Source: Thermoanaerobaculia bacterium
Lineage (GTDB): Bacteria > Acidobacteriota > Thermoanaerobaculia > UBA5066
Length of the DNA: 64,000 nt
Assembly (NCBI GenBank): GCA_963816185.1
Contig: CAWFJJ010000005.1
Location: 192,001-256,000, forward strand
Reading direction: 5' to 3'
Positions within the stretch are counted from its first letter, which is position 1. Every line of letters begins with the position of its first letter. The translations under genes and the position numbers were made by a program. The notes beneath the pieces are model-generated. The model saw only the letters and a list, made by a program, of their open reading frames with translations. It was not told where the DNA came from and did not search any database. This document shows, in pieces, positions 63,017-64,000 of the stretch.

Positions 63017-63586
63017 ATGAGCGCGGTTCCCTCGCGTCTCAGACAGCTCGACCTCTTCCTCGAAGAGCCGCCGTCCCCCGCCGAGCTGGGTGCGGAGCAG
63101 GGGGCGCTCCAGGCTCGCTACGATTCCCTCGCGGGGGAGTGGAAGCTCCCGCGTGCCCGCGTCGTCCTCTCGACGCGCCGCGCGACCGGAGGGGTCATCA
63201 CGTACGGCCCGCCGCACGTGATCCGCGTGTCGAGCCACATGTCCTTGGAGGACCGCCTTCAGACGCTGCTGCACGAGACCGCCCACGCCATCTGCTTCGC
63301 GCGCTGGGGCGTCGCGGAGGGCCACTCGCCGCGCTTCTGGTCCGTCGCGCGAAAGCTGGGCGTCGTCCGGAAGGTCGCCCCGGAGACCGAGCGCCTGCGC
63401 CGTTTGCGCGAGGCGAACGCGCGTTACGCGTATCGCTGCCCGGGATGCACGGCGGAGTGGACGCGGCGCACTCCCTTCGGACGCGCGCGCCTCTGCGCTT
63501 CGTGTGAGCGCGCGGGCCGTCCGGCCCGCCTCATTCTCGTCCGGCGCCCGAAGCCGGCGCGCCGGCGGGCGGCGCCGAGACGCTGA
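63017..63586 (+). CDS. SprT-like zinc metalloprotease
   Basis: 'TLLHETAH', 'GHSPRF', zinc ribbon 'CPGC...CASC'. Confidence 0.88.
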   Translation: MSAVPSRLRQLDLFLEEPPSPAELGAEQGALQARYDSLAGEWKLPRARVVLSTRRATGGVITYGPPHVIRVSSHMSLEDRLQTLLHETAHAICFARWGVAEGHSPRFWSVARKLGVVRKVAPETERLRRLREANARYAYRCPGCTAEWTRRTPFGRARLCASCERAGRPARLILVRRPKPARRRAAPRR

Positions 63587-64000
63587 GCGGCGCGTCCAGC
63601 TTGAAGACGGGCACGAGGCCGACGGTCTCGTCGAAATAAGGCGTCCGACGATAGAAGAAGCGGCGGCGGGCCCGCGCGTCGCCGGCGAACTTCGGATCCT
63701 TCAGCTTCTCTTCCCACTCCGCCTTCAGCGCCGGATCCTTCGCGAGCATCGCCTTCGCGAGGGGATCGAGCACGCGCGTGTCCATGTACTCCTTCTCCTC
63801 GAGGCACGAGGAGAGCTCGCCCCACGCAAAGAGGGAGTCGGGGCTCTCGGGCTCGAGAAGGGCGATCGCGACGTTCGCGAGCTCCGTGTCGAGCGGCACG
63901 TAGAGCGAGCCGGCCGGGATGACGCGCGTCTCGACCGCGCGCGAGATCTTCGCCTCGACGCGGACGCGGCCCTGATACGAAGTCTTCGCGAAGACGACCG
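63531..64000 (-). CDS. C-terminal part of a probable M14 zinc carboxypeptidase-family protein (5' outside window)
   Basis: 'GSLYVPL...LLEPESPDSLFAWG...DPALKAEW...FFYRR'; catalytic domain not visible. Confidence 0.6.
   Translation of the reverse strand, partial: VVFAKTSYQGRVRVEAKISRAVETRVIPAGSLYVPLDTELANVAIALLEPESPDSLFAWGELSSCLEEKEYMDTRVLDPLAKAMLAKDPALKAEWEEKLKDPKFAGDARARRRFFYRRTPYFDETVGLVPVFKLDAPLSVSAPPAGAPASGAGRE

Overview
High-GC bacterial chromosome segment; an Acidobacteriota (Thermoanaerobaculia-like) origin is inferred from gene content, not proven. Five blocks. (1) 1-17.4 kb, dissimilatory-sulfur-associated island: 3' end of qmoC, sat, an Fe-S Rrf2 regulator, a degenerate macro-domain protein, a TmcC/HmcE-like membrane subunit, a TmcB/HmcF-like CCG Fe-S subunit fused to a receiver domain, two histidine kinases, four stand-alone receivers, a TauE exporter and two PEP-synthase-like proteins. 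(2) 17.4-29.6 kb, core region: tadA, two tRNA-Ser, two GH57, ffs, dnaX, recR, mglBA. (3) 29.6-36.1 kb, defence island: two VapBC-type pairs and a VapC remnant, two PD-(D/E)xK nuclease-like genes (one split by an intact IS3), vsr and a C5 methyltransferase. (4) 36-48.6 kb, mixed housekeeping genes. (5) 48.7-60.6 kb, arsenic region: arsR-arsM-acr3-arsC facing a three-gene operon of DUF2064 transferase, a radical SAM-arsenic methyltransferase fusion and a PiT transporter. The best candidates for undescribed systems are that operon (putative organoarsenical biosynthesis) and the phosphorelay-wired Tmc/Hmc-like module next to sat. Many genes between about 26 and 57 kb carry single-base frameshifts that look like assembly errors. 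All family calls come from motif recognition; no database search was run.
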